Made by a program: the position numbers and the translations under genes
Assembly: GCA_964016885.1 (NCBI GenBank)
Contig: OZ024740.1
Span: 167,586,001 to 167,650,000, forward strand
Length of the DNA: 64,000 nucleotides
DNA from: Eledone cirrhosa
Lineage: Eukaryota
Direction: 5' to 3'
Notes under the pieces: generated by a model
The model's database searches: none
Seen by the model: only the letters and a program-made list of their open reading frames with translations
What the model was told of the DNA's origin: nothing
Part shown: one piece after another, positions 28,438 to 43,879 of the stretch
Numbering within the stretch: the stretch's first letter is position 1
Layout: the number at the start of each line of letters is the position of its first letter

Positions 28438-28812
28438 TGTTTCTTTATTAGCCACAAGGGCACAAAAGAAGGGGACAAATAAAAAAGGGGAAGTTTACAT
28501 ACAATAAACACGTGTAAAATTCTATCACAAATGCAATTTAAAAATTAATCGATTTCCCCAATAGGGGGAGAAATTACATATGGGTAACACATACCCCCGA
28601 AAAAATGTGCAACCCTCATCTCCATGAGTACGAAGAGGAAGTACCCCCTTCATCTCTTCCTCTTTTTCCTCAACCTACAGGCTGATATAGAGAGAAGGCC
28701 CATTCATTCGGGCCATTCTCGCCACTTTCACTCACCTTTCATAAAACTCGCTGGGGTAGAGCACCTCTCCCTCCATCCTGATTCTTTTTCCAGTTGTTGA
28801 CCGGAGAGAAAG
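28438..28812 (-). mobile_element. 3' end of an L1/Tx1-like LINE
   Basis: Minus frame KRIRMEGEVLYPSEFYER*VKVARMARMNGPSLYISL*, then a UTR ending AATAAAGAAA next to (GATA)n. Confidence 0.5.
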
Positions 28813-29401
28813 GATAGATAGATAGGTATATAGATAGATATATTATATAGATATAGATATATATATAGATATAGATATAGATTTAGCTATAGATGTAGAT
28901 ATAGCTATAGATATAGATATAGATACGTGTGTGTGTGTGTGTTCATATGATGTTGTTTGTGTCCTGTGCATGAAGCTTCTTCGATCAAATGATATTTTTT
29001 TTTCTATTTTATTGTTCGTTGTATCAAGGCAGCTAACAGATCCATGTCCATGATGTGTGACAAGACAAATCGAGACAGATCAGGACCTAGTCGATTAGGC
29101 GGCGATTCCATTTAATATTCTATTCACACGATTGGGAAATGCTGGTGTGTAGCACGGTAGGAATTCCTGAGAGATACGCCGTCATTAGAATTCAATAATA
29201 ATTCTCTTCTAACGGATATCTGTAAATGGGTTTGGCACCTTTTTTCTATTATATGCTTTTTTTTTTTGGCCAGTCTTAACCGATAATGTCACAGTGATTG
29301 GAGACAGAAGTTCTGCGAAGTGACACATTGCAGTAGAGACAGCTGTTATATGTGCATATATATATACATATATACATATATATATATGCATATATACATA
29401 T

Positions 29402-29545
<144 letters not shown>

Positions 29546-29551
29546 TATATA

Positions 29552-29654
<103 letters not shown>

Positions 29655-30464
29655 ATATATATATATACACTCACACTAATATGTATGAAAAATGATGGAT
29701 ATCATTTTTCATTAGAGAAAATTCACCGCGACAACGACCATACTGCATGTTGCATATTACACGCGGAGATACAACGTCAGTGCAAATTAGAGATATCTTT
29801 AGTTACGCTTTCAAAGATGGATGTACGTGCCTGAGTGTGTGCATAATTGTGTGTGGGCATGTTTGTGCGTTTATTCTACACAGTGTACGTATGTGGATGA
29901 AGGGCTATCTCTATACTTCCTAATATTTTTTTTTTTTTTTACTATGTTTAAGACTGTTTATATATCAATATATTCATACTTTACTTTTATATCATTCGAC
30001 ATTCTAAACTTTTTTGCCATACACGCACACACACAGATTCACCGCATAACTTTCTGAAACAGACTTGCCATGTGAGCGTATGTGTATATGCGTGTATATT
30101 TTAACATGTGTATGTGCGCGTTTGTGTGTGTATGCATGTATTTATTGTTGTGGTTGATAGTCTGAAGAAGTTATCTAAGAGAACATTTATTTCGATGAAG
30201 TTGTTGCACGATATGGTAGAAATAGCAACAGAAATACTTTCTATTATCTTATAGTTTTAAGAACTGCGATAAAACATTATATAATGTAATAATAGAATGT
30301 TATGACTAGAAGATTAATACTGCAAATAAATTATAAGCAGAGAATTACGCACAATATATAAATGGTCATTTCCAGTCGAAGCTTTCTTTTTGCTATAATG
30401 CAAATGAGCATCGCCGGCAAATTTTCATCACACAAAATTTATATACACACTAGTACTTTTTTTC

Positions 30465-31334
<870 letters not shown>

Positions 31335-31335
31335 T

Positions 31336-31370
<35 letters not shown>

Positions 31371-31527
31371 TATATATCATTAAAGCTAAACAAATTGAGT
31401 ATTCTTACTGTGGAGTTGAGCTTAGGCGAAATTCGGCGGTAACAAGACTCACTTTTCAGCCGTATTAATATTGAGTATTGAAAATCTACTTCTTTCTTTC
31501 AGCCGTCAAAATACATACTGACATATA

Positions 31528-31785
31528 TACAATGATATTATATAAATGGAAACTATATTTATAAAACCATATTTATTCTATTATATATATTTCAAGAGTA
31601 CTAAAGGGTTGGTACACTTAAAATATATATAATAGAACAAATATGGTTTTATAAATATAGCTTCCATTTATTTAATATCATTGAATATTATACTCCAGAA
31701 AAACATGTCGAGTGTTTTAAATCAGTTATAAACATTTATATGTGTTGAATTACCAACAAATTTAATATCCCTTTTGCTACTGATA
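31528..31785. mobile_element. Hairpin insertion, same family as 13161-13600 (HHR 3' half plus tail)
   Basis: Arms ATAAATGGAAACTATATTTATAAAACCATATTT / AAATATGGTTTTATAAATATAGCTTCCATTTAT, and the tail matches 13460-13600. Confidence 0.75.
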
Positions 31786-31816
31786 TAGATATATATATAT
31801 TTCGTTTCTGAATTTG

Positions 31817-31859
<43 letters not shown>

Positions 31860-31863
<4 letters not shown>

Positions 31864-32170
31864 GAATTTATAATTCAAAATTCAATAAATCCTAGGGTTG
31901 ATATTATCCTTGGTTTTATTGAATTTTGAATTCTACACACACACACACACTTACACATACACATATATATATATGTATGTGTGTGTGTGTGTGTGTGTGT
32001 GTAATTCAAAATTCAATAAAACCAAGGATAATATCAACTCTAGATCTTATTGAATTTTGAATTATAAATTCTCTGCTACTATAACTATTCGGTCCAGAAT
32101 AACGAAGGGTAAAAGAGGGCTTTGAGCTTAACTGATCCTACCAAAGAAAGTAGTGAACTAATACACTATG
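31860..32170. repeat. Nested hairpin: internally palindromic arms (31860-31932 and 32003-32076) around a (CA)n-(TA)n-(TG)n spacer
   Basis: Each arm contains AATTCAAAATTCAATAA...TTATTGAATTTTGAATT, and the two arms are inverted relative to each other. Confidence 0.8.
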
Positions 32171-32212
32171 ACTTTATATATATCCGCACAGACATATATA
32201 TATACATATATG

Positions 32213-32324
<112 letters not shown>

Positions 32325-32325
32325 A

Positions 32326-32386
32326 TTGTTCTGTTACTATTTCTGGCAATATTATTACAACAATATGACCCTCCCCAAGTATAACA

Positions 32387-32428
<42 letters not shown>

Positions 32429-32505
32429 TGTTATACTTGGGGAGGGTCATATTGTTGTAATAATATTGCCAGAAATAGTAACAGAACACACTCGCAAAAC
32501 GAATA
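32326..32505. repeat. Perfect hairpin of about 62 bp arms around (TA)n
   Basis: TGTTCTGTTAC...GACCCTCCCCAAGTATAACAATG-(TA)n-CATTGTTATACTTGGGGAGGGTC...GTAACAGAACA. Related sequence at 62747-62888. Confidence 0.85.
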
Positions 32506-33443
32506 TGTATATATATACATACACACATATATATATCTATATATTTATATATATGTATGTGTGTGTGTGTGCGTGTGTATATATATATATATACATACAT
32601 CAGTACATCAGGAAAGGATTATTGAATCTAATAAAAGATATATTTGATATATGAAATGGGAATATAGCGCGATTTTACGAATCATATACATTTTTTAATA
32701 CTTCTTGTGTGTCCGTGACATTGAAGTTGTCATTCAGGCACATTGTTTTTTTTTTATATGCGTATATGTGTGAAAGGCTCGAATATATATGTGTGTGTGA
32801 GCGCCTGTATGTGCGTGTGAATGCGTGTGACTGCATGTGGGTACGTGTTGTGTGAGTGTATGCATATGTGTGTTTGTCTGCATGGGAGTGTGCCTGGGTG
32901 CCAGTATGCATGTGTTTATATGCGATAAGAAATATATGGGTGACAGAAACGACAACATCTCTGATGACTTGGCACTCTTCCGTTGCTAATGGCAAAAACA
33001 AAACAAAGATTGAAAAATGATATTTAGAAAGCCTCAAACCCTACTACTTGCACTGCTGCTACTACAGCTACAGCTACTACAATAACCAACACCAACACAG
33101 TCGTAAGCAACAACATCAGTATCAGCATTAGCATCACCACTAACGCCGGCACCAACACTACCATCAACACAACCCATATTACTACTACCACTACTACCAC
33201 AGAAGCGCACACATTTTGCATGCGTCAGTGGATTTTGTGTGACATGTCAGTTGGACACCGTGATAGCCGTGTAAACTAGTTAAAGAAGTCTATTCTATTA
33301 ATTGCTGATCCATGACATGGAACTCTCTCAGGGACATGGTAAAAATGTGACACCTCTCATTTCATTTCGCCTCAATTTCTATCTCACTCACTTTCCTTGT
33401 CTCCTTCTTTCACTCTTTACAGACACACACACACACACACACA

Positions 33444-33511
<68 letters not shown>

Positions 33512-33516
33512 CATAC

Positions 33517-33558
<42 letters not shown>

Positions 33559-33560
33559 TA

Positions 33561-33706
33561 TAGTAATAATAATGAATTTGAAGACTAAAATCCAAAGAGT
33601 GCTTGATAAGGATAAATATATATCAAGTATATAAGAACCCTAGAGCAAATATTTATTAAAATAACACCAATTCTTTGCTTAAACTTTAATATGTTATTTT
33701 AATAAA
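33561..33706. mobile_element. Short hairpin insertion of the CAGAAGA-HHR family (tail parts)
   Basis: The left part is the reverse complement of tail 50853-50957. The right part ATTCTTTGCTTAAACTTTAAT.. matches 50832-50870. Confidence 0.75.
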
Positions 33707-33715
33707 TATATATAT

Positions 33716-33905
33716 ATAATTGTTTCTACTTTTTGGCACAAGGCCAGCAATTATCCAGTGTATTACTGGTACTTTATTTTATCGACCCCGTAAGGATGAA
33801 AGGCAAAGTCAACCTCGGCGGGATTTGAACTCAGATCGTAAAGGGACGTAACTATGCTGGAAAGCATGGTTTCCGACCCTCTACCGATACTGCCAATCCA
33901 ACGCC
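33716..33905 (-). mobile_element. Young full-length tRNA-SINE
   Basis: Reverse complement of the SINE consensus from GGCGTTGGATTGGCAGTATCGG to GTAGAAACAATTA. Confidence 0.9.
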
Positions 33906-34094
33906 CTTATATATATATATATATATAATAAATATAAATATATATATATATAATAAATATAGATATATATAATAAAAGCCCTTATATAAATATATATATA
34001 TAATAAATATAAATATATATATATATAATAAATATAAATATATATATATAATAAATATAAATATATATATATATAATAAATATAGATATATATA

Positions 34095-34820
34095 ATAAAA
34101 GTATGTAAAAAATACATATAGGGATACAAGTATTGTTCAACCGTATGCCAGTGTGGTTCTATGGCAGGTTAATACATTAACAAGCCAGAACATATAAAAC
34201 AAAGGTTTAGCAAACAGAGAAACAGTTTTAACTCAATGGAAATCCGCTTGGATTATCTCTTCATTTTGGGATCGGAAACCGCGGTAAAGGCACATATAGT
34301 AAGTACAGTGAACGTTTTGAAATTTATTTAAAACTTTTTCTCTGCTAAACCTTTATTTTATATGTTCTGGCTTGTTAATTTATCTGGCATACGGTTGGAC
34401 AATACTTGTATCCCTATATGTATTTTTTACATGTAGGAACACATACTTTTATTATTATTCTCCCCTAAGGTTAAGAAGACTTTTGGTCGTTTGAACTGTT
34501 GCTATTTTTAGTAGCAGGACATTGACCTGTCCGCCCTGCTTTCTGTCTTTGCACACGGCACTAGACAAGATTGTTTGTTCTCTCATTCACTCTCATTCGG
34601 GAACAGTTTGGTATGGCGTCAGTTTGTGATTCGAACTCGAGAATTTTATATTCTCCGAGTGAGAAAATCCTTCTGACGAAGATCTCTTTCTCAATGCAAA
34701 TCCGCTTGGATTATCTGTTTATTTTTGGATCGGAAACAGCGGTAAAGGCACATATAGTAAGTACAGTGAACGTTTTGAAATTTATTTTAAAACTTTTTCT
34801 CTATTTGCTAAACCTTGATT
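34095..34820. mobile_element. Hairpin plus tandem PLE-like terminal repeats with canonical hammerhead at 34669-34748 (+)
   Basis: 34100-34215 is inverted against 34343-34450, and 34240-34355 is repeated at 34698-34820. HHR: CCTT-CTGACGA-aGATC...GATCg-GAAA-CAGCGG(CCGCGG in the other copy)-TA-AAGG. Confidence 0.75.
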
Positions 34821-34821
34821 T

Positions 34822-34905
<84 letters not shown>

Positions 34906-34906
<1 letters not shown>

Positions 34907-36200
34907 CGAAGGAGGTGTGGTAAGGAGCCAAATGGACCATAACGCACCAGAGTACTCAATACCTAGGGTAATAGAGTGGTTAATAGGAAAATGTTTAACC
35001 CCGACGGCAGAGCTCAAGACGTTTCGACGGCTATTTCTAGACTAGATTAGAATTTTTAGGGTGGTAAATAAATAGCCGAACTTGTCAAGGGGTAATTCCT
35101 TATATGGGAAGATTGTAGTTGTCAAAAGGATTGGTCAAAATTTCTTGTAAACAAAATTTATTCTTTCATGACAGTGGGTGGGTGGGTTGTGGTGGTGGCT
35201 GAACTTGCCTGTAGAACAATGAGCGAATGGGTGGAACGGTGAAGCGTTGAAGGTGAATTCTATACAGCCAATTCTAAGAAGTGTGTATGAAATTAGGCTA
35301 GTAAGTCAGCAGGCGACAAAGGATTCTGGAGGAATTAGAGGGTGGGACGTTATAGAATAGGTTAATAAATTGAGATTAAAAGGTAATACATAACGAAAAA
35401 AATATATAGAAATAATAAAATTAAATAGTAAAAAGTAAAAATCTCTAGAGTCTAAAGCAGCTGCTATAATTAGTTGGTACTGCGTTTTCGGCCAGTGCTA
35501 TATATAATTTACTGGTGTGGGGGTATTGAGGCTACAAATATCGATGGGCTGCCTCGGGGTAGGCTAATGAGGAAAAAGGAAAAGGAAGAGGAGAGGGAGT
35601 GGAAGGAAGTGATTGGAAGGTATAAAGGGAAGAAGAAAAGAAAAGGGAAAAGAAAAGAAGTACATCTACCTATGTTAGCTGGGATTTCCCCTATCTTGTT
35701 CGGCAAGTGGGGAAAAGAAGGATGTTGCAGGCATTGTCTACCCACCCGGCTCATGAGGGGGTTTGAGGGTGAGGTAAGTCCTACGTAATCGGTGTTTACA
35801 TGCAGTTACAAGTTCGTCTTTTTTGTTTAGGAGTTGGTCCTTCGTAAACAGCATTTGTAATGTTTCCTCCGAGCATAAGTTACAGCGTCCTCCAGTGTAG
35901 GAGTTAGCCCTTGACAGTAAGCTCCTAGTAAGATTGTATGTTATGTTATTATCTTGGAGGTCCCAGATGTGGCCCTGAAGTGTAGTGGCATGTCGCCGGG
36001 CCGGGTTTCGGCACGTATGTCGGTGTTGGTAAAGCCGGGTCTTAAAGTCACAAGTGGTTAATCCTATATAAGCTTTGTTGGAGGTTTCCGTCCTCACGTT
36101 GCATTGGTAGATCACGTTACGTTCTCGGTATCTGTTGTTGAGGGGGCACGTAGATCTATCAGAGCAGTTACACTTCCTGGTCGGCTCTCCACTAATGTCT
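34906..36200 (-). mobile_element. Penelope-like element 3' fragment: GIY-YIG endonuclease, 3'UTR, hammerhead (34998-35093) and tail
   Basis: ORF 35738-36115 IYQCNV..YIGLTTCDFKTRLYQH..HIWDL..CNLCSEE..LLNKKDELVTACKH. Same family as 52901-57018, and it ends in (TA)n. Confidence 0.92.
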
Positions 36201-38245
36201 TGGTTGTTTCTTCCATAGGGGTTTTTCTTTATATATATATATATATATATATGGTATATATAGAGAAAATATTCGCTCTACATGGCTGAATACAGTAGAC
36301 GTAATCTGAGTTTTTCGAATATGAATAATAACATTTGATTCGTTTGCAATTATGCAAACAAGCCTCAATTTTGAAGCCATGTCACTAGAATGAACACTTC
36401 ATTCTTGCTCTTGTGTTAGCATGTAAACAGAACTGCATATACACAAAAACTGCATATACACAAAAAGAAATATACACAATTTCAAGATTTAATGCTCGAC
36501 GTAACTAGAGGCAGCTGCCCAAACTCTCTATAATTAAATCTTACTGATTAAAAAATTGAATGATATAGTTCTAGAAACCTCAATCCACCAATGAGTGGAT
36601 GGCCATGTCTGGAATAAGTTGATCAGAGTAAAATTCACAGCATCTTTTTATGATGCCCAGCAAAACGAAACTTGTAATTATTTATAACCGCAGCACTTAA
36701 TAAATATCTATTGTTCTGGGACGTAGTATTTGCCGAAATTACAAAACTGTTGCTGTTCTTGTTGTTCACTGTGTTATTGGTGTTGGTGGTGGTGGTTATG
36801 GCGGTGTGGGTGCCGCTGCGTGCTGTTGTTGTTGGTGGTGGGGATGACGGGGGTCGTGGACGTGGTTGTTGCTGTTTCTGTTATTACTGTTGTTTTTGTT
36901 TTTATTTAGACCTTGTATGTATGTTTGTTGTATCAAACAACTTCGGAATACGTTTGTAGTATGGAGGTATTTGTGTATGTTTTAAGCACGGAGTATTTTG
37001 TATTGGTTTGTAGTATGGAAGGATTTTGCATAACAGTTCTGGTTTCAGAATCATTTCGTGTAAACTACTATCATACATTTTGATCATATCTTTGCATTGT
37101 TATTCCAGTTGTTGTTTAGCCCCAGGTGAATCTAATGAAGCAAAGTTATGACCGAAGTCATTACTTTCAGGATCATACCATTTTTTCATGGAGTGTATCT
37201 TGAACTATGTTCACCAATATTTCCGTCTTTTATTTTTTAAGTGGTAGGTTGTAATCAGAAGAAATGTTAGCTGCTATTTCTAGTATATATATATATATAT
37301 ATATGCAGGGACTACCTAGAGGCTTCTTGTCATAGTTTAGCCACTGCTGGTAATTACATATTTGTATATTCAGTCTTTATTGCCTTCGCACATTATTTCT
37401 TGTCTTTGTTTTTTTTTTTTTTTGTTGTTTCTTTTTTTTGTGTATTTTTCCTCATCCTTTTATATGCGTCTGTTACTGCTGTTATGACCATATAACCAAA
37501 TGATTTTTATGTCTATGTGGTCACGATTATTGACCGAAGTGGCCATTTCGTAACTACATTGACAACGCTTATCTTTATGACCAAATCTAAAAAAAGGTGG
37601 GGAAATAGCATCGGTTGACACTGCATGTGGGCAACACCGTATCTAATTTCTAACACACACAACGCAAGATGTCAAACACGATTTATAGTAGAGTGGAGGT
37701 CGTAATTATAACGTGTTTGGGGTTTTCCTTGCTGCTGATGCTAACCAACAATATCCTTTCTTATAATATTAGCATTCATTTTTTTTCCATTTGTCTTATC
37801 TTTTTTTAATACGGTCCGCTTTAGAGAGAATGTGTTTGTCTTTTGTGTGTGTGATTTGTGTGTGTGTTTTGTGTGTTTGTGTGGGTGTGTTTGATTGTGT
37901 GTCAGAATTATTGATGTTTGTATGTGGGAGATTACCGTGACATTAATATAACGTGTTACAAACATAACATTTATGAGTACACAGTATACACTATCTTACC
38001 CCTATAGTTTCTGCTGTACTCGTGGTAGTCAACAGTATGTTGGCACTGAATTACAGTAATTTGGTTGTAATTTACATTATTGAATAGAATTACGAACGTT
38101 TCTTTCAAATGGAGAAGGAAGTAACATTTTATTATTCTGTATTGATTTCCTCAGAATCATTAAATGATACAAAAATCATTATTTCCTATCCGCATGTCCC
38201 AACATTTCCAAATTTAAAAACGTAGACATCTGCAATATAGTCAGG

Positions 38246-38359
<114 letters not shown>

Positions 38360-38390
38360 AAGAATCAAAGAACTGTTCAAAACATTATTG

Positions 38391-38437
38391 TGCTTACAGC
38401 TGTTTCCTCCAAACCGAGGTTTGGATTCTTCGGAGCA
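38391..38437 (-). ncRNA. Type-I hammerhead with CCGAAGA core
   Basis: TGCT-CCGAAGA-aTCCAAACC(tc)GGTTTGGAg-GAAA-CAGCTG-TA-AGCA. Related to 10448-10494. Confidence 0.7.
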
Positions 38438-38906
38438 ATATATTAATGCATGGACAGTTATATGACCTCCTTTTCAGTGTGTAGGTGTACGTGTGTGTGT
38501 GTGTGTGTGTATGTGAAAGCAAGGTTGGGGAAGAACGGGGTTGCATGTTCAGGAAGAGGTGTGTGTGGGGTGGGGTTTAGGTCGGAGTGTGTGTGCGTGT
38601 GTGGATAGAGGTGTGGGGGAGAGGAATCCGGAGGCTGAATGTGTAAATATGTGGTGGAACGCACGTGTGTGTGGGGTTTAAGCGTGTTGTGGGTGTAGGT
38701 GGCGTGTGGGAAAAAAAAAGAAAAAATATATATATATATACACACTCATACAAACACACACACACATACACACACATACACACACATACACATACACACA
38801 AACACACACACACAGAAATACACAGACAGACAGTCACACACATATATATATATATATAAACATATATACAAAAATATGTATGTATGTATATATATATATA
38901 TATATA

Positions 38907-39068
38907 TAATTGTTTCTACTTTAGGCACAAGGCCAGCAATTATCCAGTGCATTACTGGTACTTTATTTTATCGACCCCGTAAGGATGAAAGGCAAAGTCA
39001 ACCTCGGCGGGATTTGAACTCAGATCGTAAAGGGACGTAACTATGCTGGGAAGCATGGCGTCCGACCC
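38907..39068 (-). mobile_element. Young tRNA-SINE, slightly 5'-truncated, in (TA)n
   Basis: Nearly identical to 33716-33880. Confidence 0.9.
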
Positions 39069-39076
39069 TATATATA

Positions 39077-39300
39077 ATAAGAAGAAGAAGAAATGTGGAG
39101 ACTAAAATCTGAAGAGGGCTCCATAAGGATAATATATATCAAAATATATAAAACCATAGAGCAAATATTTGTTAATATAACAGAATAAAGGTTAAGCAAA
39201 GAATCGTTGCTTTCACCCTTAATGGGATCCTCAGAAGATCCGGTTAAGGGTGAAAGCAACGATTCTTTGCTTAAACTTTAATCTGTTATTTTAATAAATA
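39077..39300. mobile_element. Hairpin insertion of the CAGAAGA-HHR family
   Basis: TTAAGCAAAGAATCGTTGCTTTCACCCTTAATGGGATC-CTCAGAA-GATCCGGTTAAGGGTGAAAGCAACGATTCTTTGCTTAA, with the apex inside the ribozyme core. Confidence 0.85.
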
Positions 39301-39317
39301 TATATATATATATATAT

Positions 39318-39369
39318 GAAAAGAGTCAGGACATCGACGGCTGAACTCCGGCTGTTTCGACCGCTAGAT
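39318..39369 (-). mobile_element. Isolated PLE hammerhead 3' half
   Basis: Minus strand TAGCGGTC-GAAA-CAGCCGGAGTTCAGCCG-TC-GATGTCCTGACTCTTTTC. Confidence 0.55.
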
Positions 39370-40153
39370 GTGTGTGTGTGTGTGTTAGTGTATGTGTGAG
39401 AGAGTCTGTGTCTATGTATACGTGTGTATGTAGATATATTATATGGAGAAATGATTACGTATGCTATTATTTTTGTTGTTAAACTTTTGCCATGTGAACC
39501 TATATTATTATAGTAAGTCTTTCCACACAGTGGAATGTAAATTGTCGGTTTGTGGGCTGGTATTTCTAGCAGGAGGAGCAACTACATGTATATGCGAGTG
39601 TATCTGTGTGCTTCTGGGCGTTGTTTAAGTATTTGTTTGTATGTGTGTCTACATGATATATGAAGCGTCCCCTCTCCTTGAAATCTATTTAAGCTTCAAT
39701 TAATTACCTTAATGACACCAATTTCTTTGTTAATTGTGCTACTCTCAGGACACCCCTGCGCACAAGAAAGTGCTAACGTTACTTTTATTTCATAGTAAAT
39801 TAACAACATGCATTTGAATATTCGCTAAGTGATTACCACTCGTCACAATGAAGAAAGAACTAGATGTCTAGTCGACATTTTATTACAAATAATGTGAGTC
39901 CCAAATGTTCATATTCACTTTCAATGTGTGATCGCAAGTTGTTACCATGGAAGCCGAAAATTGAGGTAAGGTTCGTTAACTGTCCGTTAACTGCTAATAT
40001 TTCAAGAAATTAATTCTCCAGACGACAGAATAATTTACACGTGATACCCATTATCTAACTGAATAAGACAATAAAACTGCTGATTGGTTTTATACACACA
40101 CACACATACATAGATCTAGCTGGATAGATAGAGAATGAGAGAGGAAGAGCGAG

Positions 40154-40242
<89 letters not shown>

Positions 40243-40717
40243 AAGATAGAGAAAAGGATATACAAGTGCAGCTGTACTTGTGTGTATATGTATGAGACCA
40301 TGTGAGTGAAAGTGTACGTAAAGCGCTTGACTCAAAGGTTAGGATGCTGGTTTCACGATTATAAGAACATGGTTTCGATACAAGTACTGAGCTTTGGCGC
40401 ATGAAGTCATTGAACAAGACATTTTATTTCCCATTGCTCCAATGTGCTTAGCTGCCAAAAATGAATTACTGATAATTCAGAGGACTAGCTAAGTCACAAA
40501 CTCTGTCACGATGAATAGCTGTTTGTTATGGAATACTAAGGCACATGCTCGTTAATTTCTTAAATAAGAAAAACTAGAACACCCGCATTCAGAAACGATG
40601 ACATTGTTCCAACGAAAACAAATTCGAAAGTGAAAGTATTTTTCCATTTCAACTGGGAGTTTGACAAATTATTTATATATATATATATATAAAGAAAGAT
40701 ATCTATATATATATATA

Positions 40718-40944
<227 letters not shown>

Positions 40945-40977
40945 AAGAAATTAAAAGATGGTTAAAAGGTTCCATAT

Positions 40978-41046
40978 ATTTTATTATGCGCATTTCAAAA
41001 ACATATATCATCCTGGGACGATAGTTGCGTTCTCATCAGATAAAAT
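40978..41046 (-). ncRNA. Type-I hammerhead, canonical core
   Basis: ATTTTAT-CTGATGA-GAAC...GTTTTT-GAAA-TGCGCA-TA-ATAAAAT: 7-bp stem I and palindromic stem III. Confidence 0.75.
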
Positions 41047-41299
41047 AAGGTAACATGATATGATGCCTATAAAAACACTTGTGAACAAGAAAGTGTCTAG
41101 TAAACATATGATCAAAATAAAAAGGAGAGAGAAGATTGGAAAAAGGGAGGAAGAGGGAAAAGATAAAAGAAGGTAAATAACGGAGGAAAAATTTAAGAAG
41201 GAAGGAGGAGAAAGAAAGAGAAAGGAGAGAGAGAGAGCCTTTTAAACGGAAACGCTGTCAAAACTGAAAAACAGCTGTGAATAACGGCTGAAAAACTAC

Positions 41300-41357
<58 letters not shown>

Positions 41358-41361
<4 letters not shown>

Positions 41362-41680
41362 GAGGGTTTTTTTACAAAATGAAAAATAACCGAGGTGTTC
41401 AACATGAGTATAAAGAAAAAAAGATGAAATCGAAAATGCAACTGGAGTCTTATTTTTTAAAAAATATATATATTTATTTGGTTCCTTTACCGCTTTCGCA
41501 GTTCTTCTGCTTTTCAAAAGTAGAGTTGAGATGGAGGGTCTGTAGTTTTTCCCTCCATCTCAACTCTACTTTTGAAAAGCAGAAGAACTGCGAAACCGGT
41601 AAAGGAACCAAATAAATATATATATATTTTTAAAAATAAGACTCCAGTTGCATTTTCGATTTCCTCTTTTTTTCTTTATA
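41358..41680. mobile_element. Hairpin insertion (arms about 41410-41538 and 41551-41680) with HHR 3' half; old relative at 5630-5740
   Basis: About 130 bp inverted arms. The right arm has GC-GAAA-CCGG-TA-AAGG followed by a tail. Confidence 0.8.
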
Positions 41681-41740
41681 TATATATATATATATAGAGA
41701 TAGATAGATAGATAGATATCTTTCTTGATATATGTATATA

Positions 41741-42000
41741 TAGTAATAATAAATATGAAGACTAAAATCCGAAGAAGGCTCGATAAGGATTATATATATA
41801 TATATATATATATATACGTATATATATATATATAAAATAAAACGGTTGAGCAAATATTTATTAAATGTACAAATTAAAGTTTAAGCAAAGAATCGCTGCT
41901 TTCACCCTTTTAAGTTATTTTTTTTGTTTTTTAGAACATCCCGTTAAAAAAGGGTGAAAGCAGCGATTCATTGCTTAAACTTTAATCTTTACATTTAATA
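41741..42000. mobile_element. Hairpin insertion of the CAGAAGA-HHR family, interrupted by (TA)n
   Basis: TTAAAGTTTAAGCAAAGAATCGCTGCTTTCACCCTT / AAGGGTGAAAGCAGCGATTCATTGCTTAAACTTTAA. Confidence 0.8.
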
Positions 42001-42742
42001 TATATATATAGGGCGTTGGGGGCATTGAAAGACCTTCAGTTTCACGTATTTCACAACAAAATTAGATTTTGTCACTGATCTGAACTTTACAAATGTTCCA
42101 AAAAAAAATTCAAAAATTTGGAACATTTACTGGGGATTGAATATATTAGAATATATTGAACCCAAGTATCATTTCATAAACTAATTATTCAAATTATCTG
42201 CAGCTCAGTTTTATCAAACATGCTATACTGCAAAAAACAACAACACCTGATTACATATCATTTAAACATCTGAAGATGAAACTAACACCAAATATTGAAA
42301 AATTCTCAGTTCATCCAGTTATTTCTGTCAGATTTTAGGTTTTCTACTCTCAATAGGCAATCATAAATATGTTTGCAACATTCATATAACTACTGTTATA
42401 CATACATTTTATTTTTTCAACTCAATTGTGTCGATTGAAAGATATAGGATCTTTTAAATATAAACGTATCTGCTATCAATCCTCACTATGTTTGAACATT
42501 TGATGTAACTGTACTGTAAAATATCGTTAGAGATGGATTCTGATTTTACTGTTCTATTACCAATAACGTTAATTATTCAAAAATGTGCCTAGTACTCAGC
42601 GGCTCATCAGGGTGGAGCTCATCCTAATTTGGTTGACGTTAGGCTAATGAGAGTGTAAGAGCGCACCTGTGTGGGACGCTGGTCTGCCGCACGATTAACC
42701 TAAAGGTTGTGCTAGTACTCATTTAACTGAGCGGAATGGATC

Positions 42743-42954
42743 AAGGTTAAATAATTGTTTCTACTTTAGACACAAGGCCAGCAATTACCCAGTGCATTAC
42801 TGATACTTTATTTTATCGACCCCGTAAGGATGAAAGGCAAAGTCAACCTCGGCGGGATTTGAACCCAGATCATAAAGGGACGTAACTCTATGCTGGAAAG
42901 CATGGCGTCCGACCCTCTACCGATACTACCAATCTACGTTAAAGGTTAAATAAT
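42743..42954 (-). mobile_element. Full-length tRNA-SINE with 13-bp target-site duplication, inserted in an older repeat
   Basis: AAGGTTAAATAAT at 42743-42755 and 42942-42954. Confidence 0.9.
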
Positions 42955-43879
42955 GTGTTTTGATCACAGATGCAACGCGTCACCTGGCCCAGGAAGTGAC
43001 CTCACTATCTTACGATCATGAGGCCAAAATCCTAATCACTAAAACGCGCACTATCACATTTATCAAATAAGGGTACATGTTAACCTGCTACGAATCTTTG
43101 AATCTTCTGGCATATAAGCTTGATTACTTCTTGGTGGCATCTCTTTTGTTTCGCTCAACTTCTATTGTTTCCTCTTCTGTCATTTTTTCTATAAGACCAT
43201 TAACACTGTATACGACTATACTTACAGATATCTATGCAAACAACTTTCTCCTAACACATCTCTCCTTCTCTCCATCAGTGCGTATTTGTGTGTGTAAATG
43301 TATTTGTGTTTGAAGTTGTGGGTGTGCATGTGTTTGTATTTGTATGTGTATGTTTACGCATGTGTGCGTTTATGAACGTGTGTGTATGTCCAGGATGCAA
43401 AGTAGAGTTAGGGTACCGGAAAATAAAATGGCCGCTTCGTGTCTCGTTATAAAACTAATCTCGGTATTTCTCAGTGATACGAAACGAATGCAATAACAGA
43501 TGCTGTTCTAATGAATTCCCTACTTCCCCACGAATGGTTTGCAAATTCCTATAACAAACATCCATCACAGTTGAAATTCCAACATTTCATTGTTTTCTTG
43601 TTTCTATTAGAGGTGACAAATGATTCATTTTATCTTAACGATTCGCTTCTTCGAGCGCGGTTGAGCCTCAATTTCGTTTAGCTGCCATGCTAGAAGCAAA
43701 TCATATTTGCAGGCACCAATAATTGCAAAACGAATAACATCTATCCATCTATACTTCTAAATGTTCCTATCTTTGTCTTGCTGTCGCTCGCCTCCTCCCT
43801 CTCAGTGATTGCTGTCTCGTTCTTTATATCTATTTAACTATCTATCTAAACCTCGATAGCTTCTATATATCTATATATA

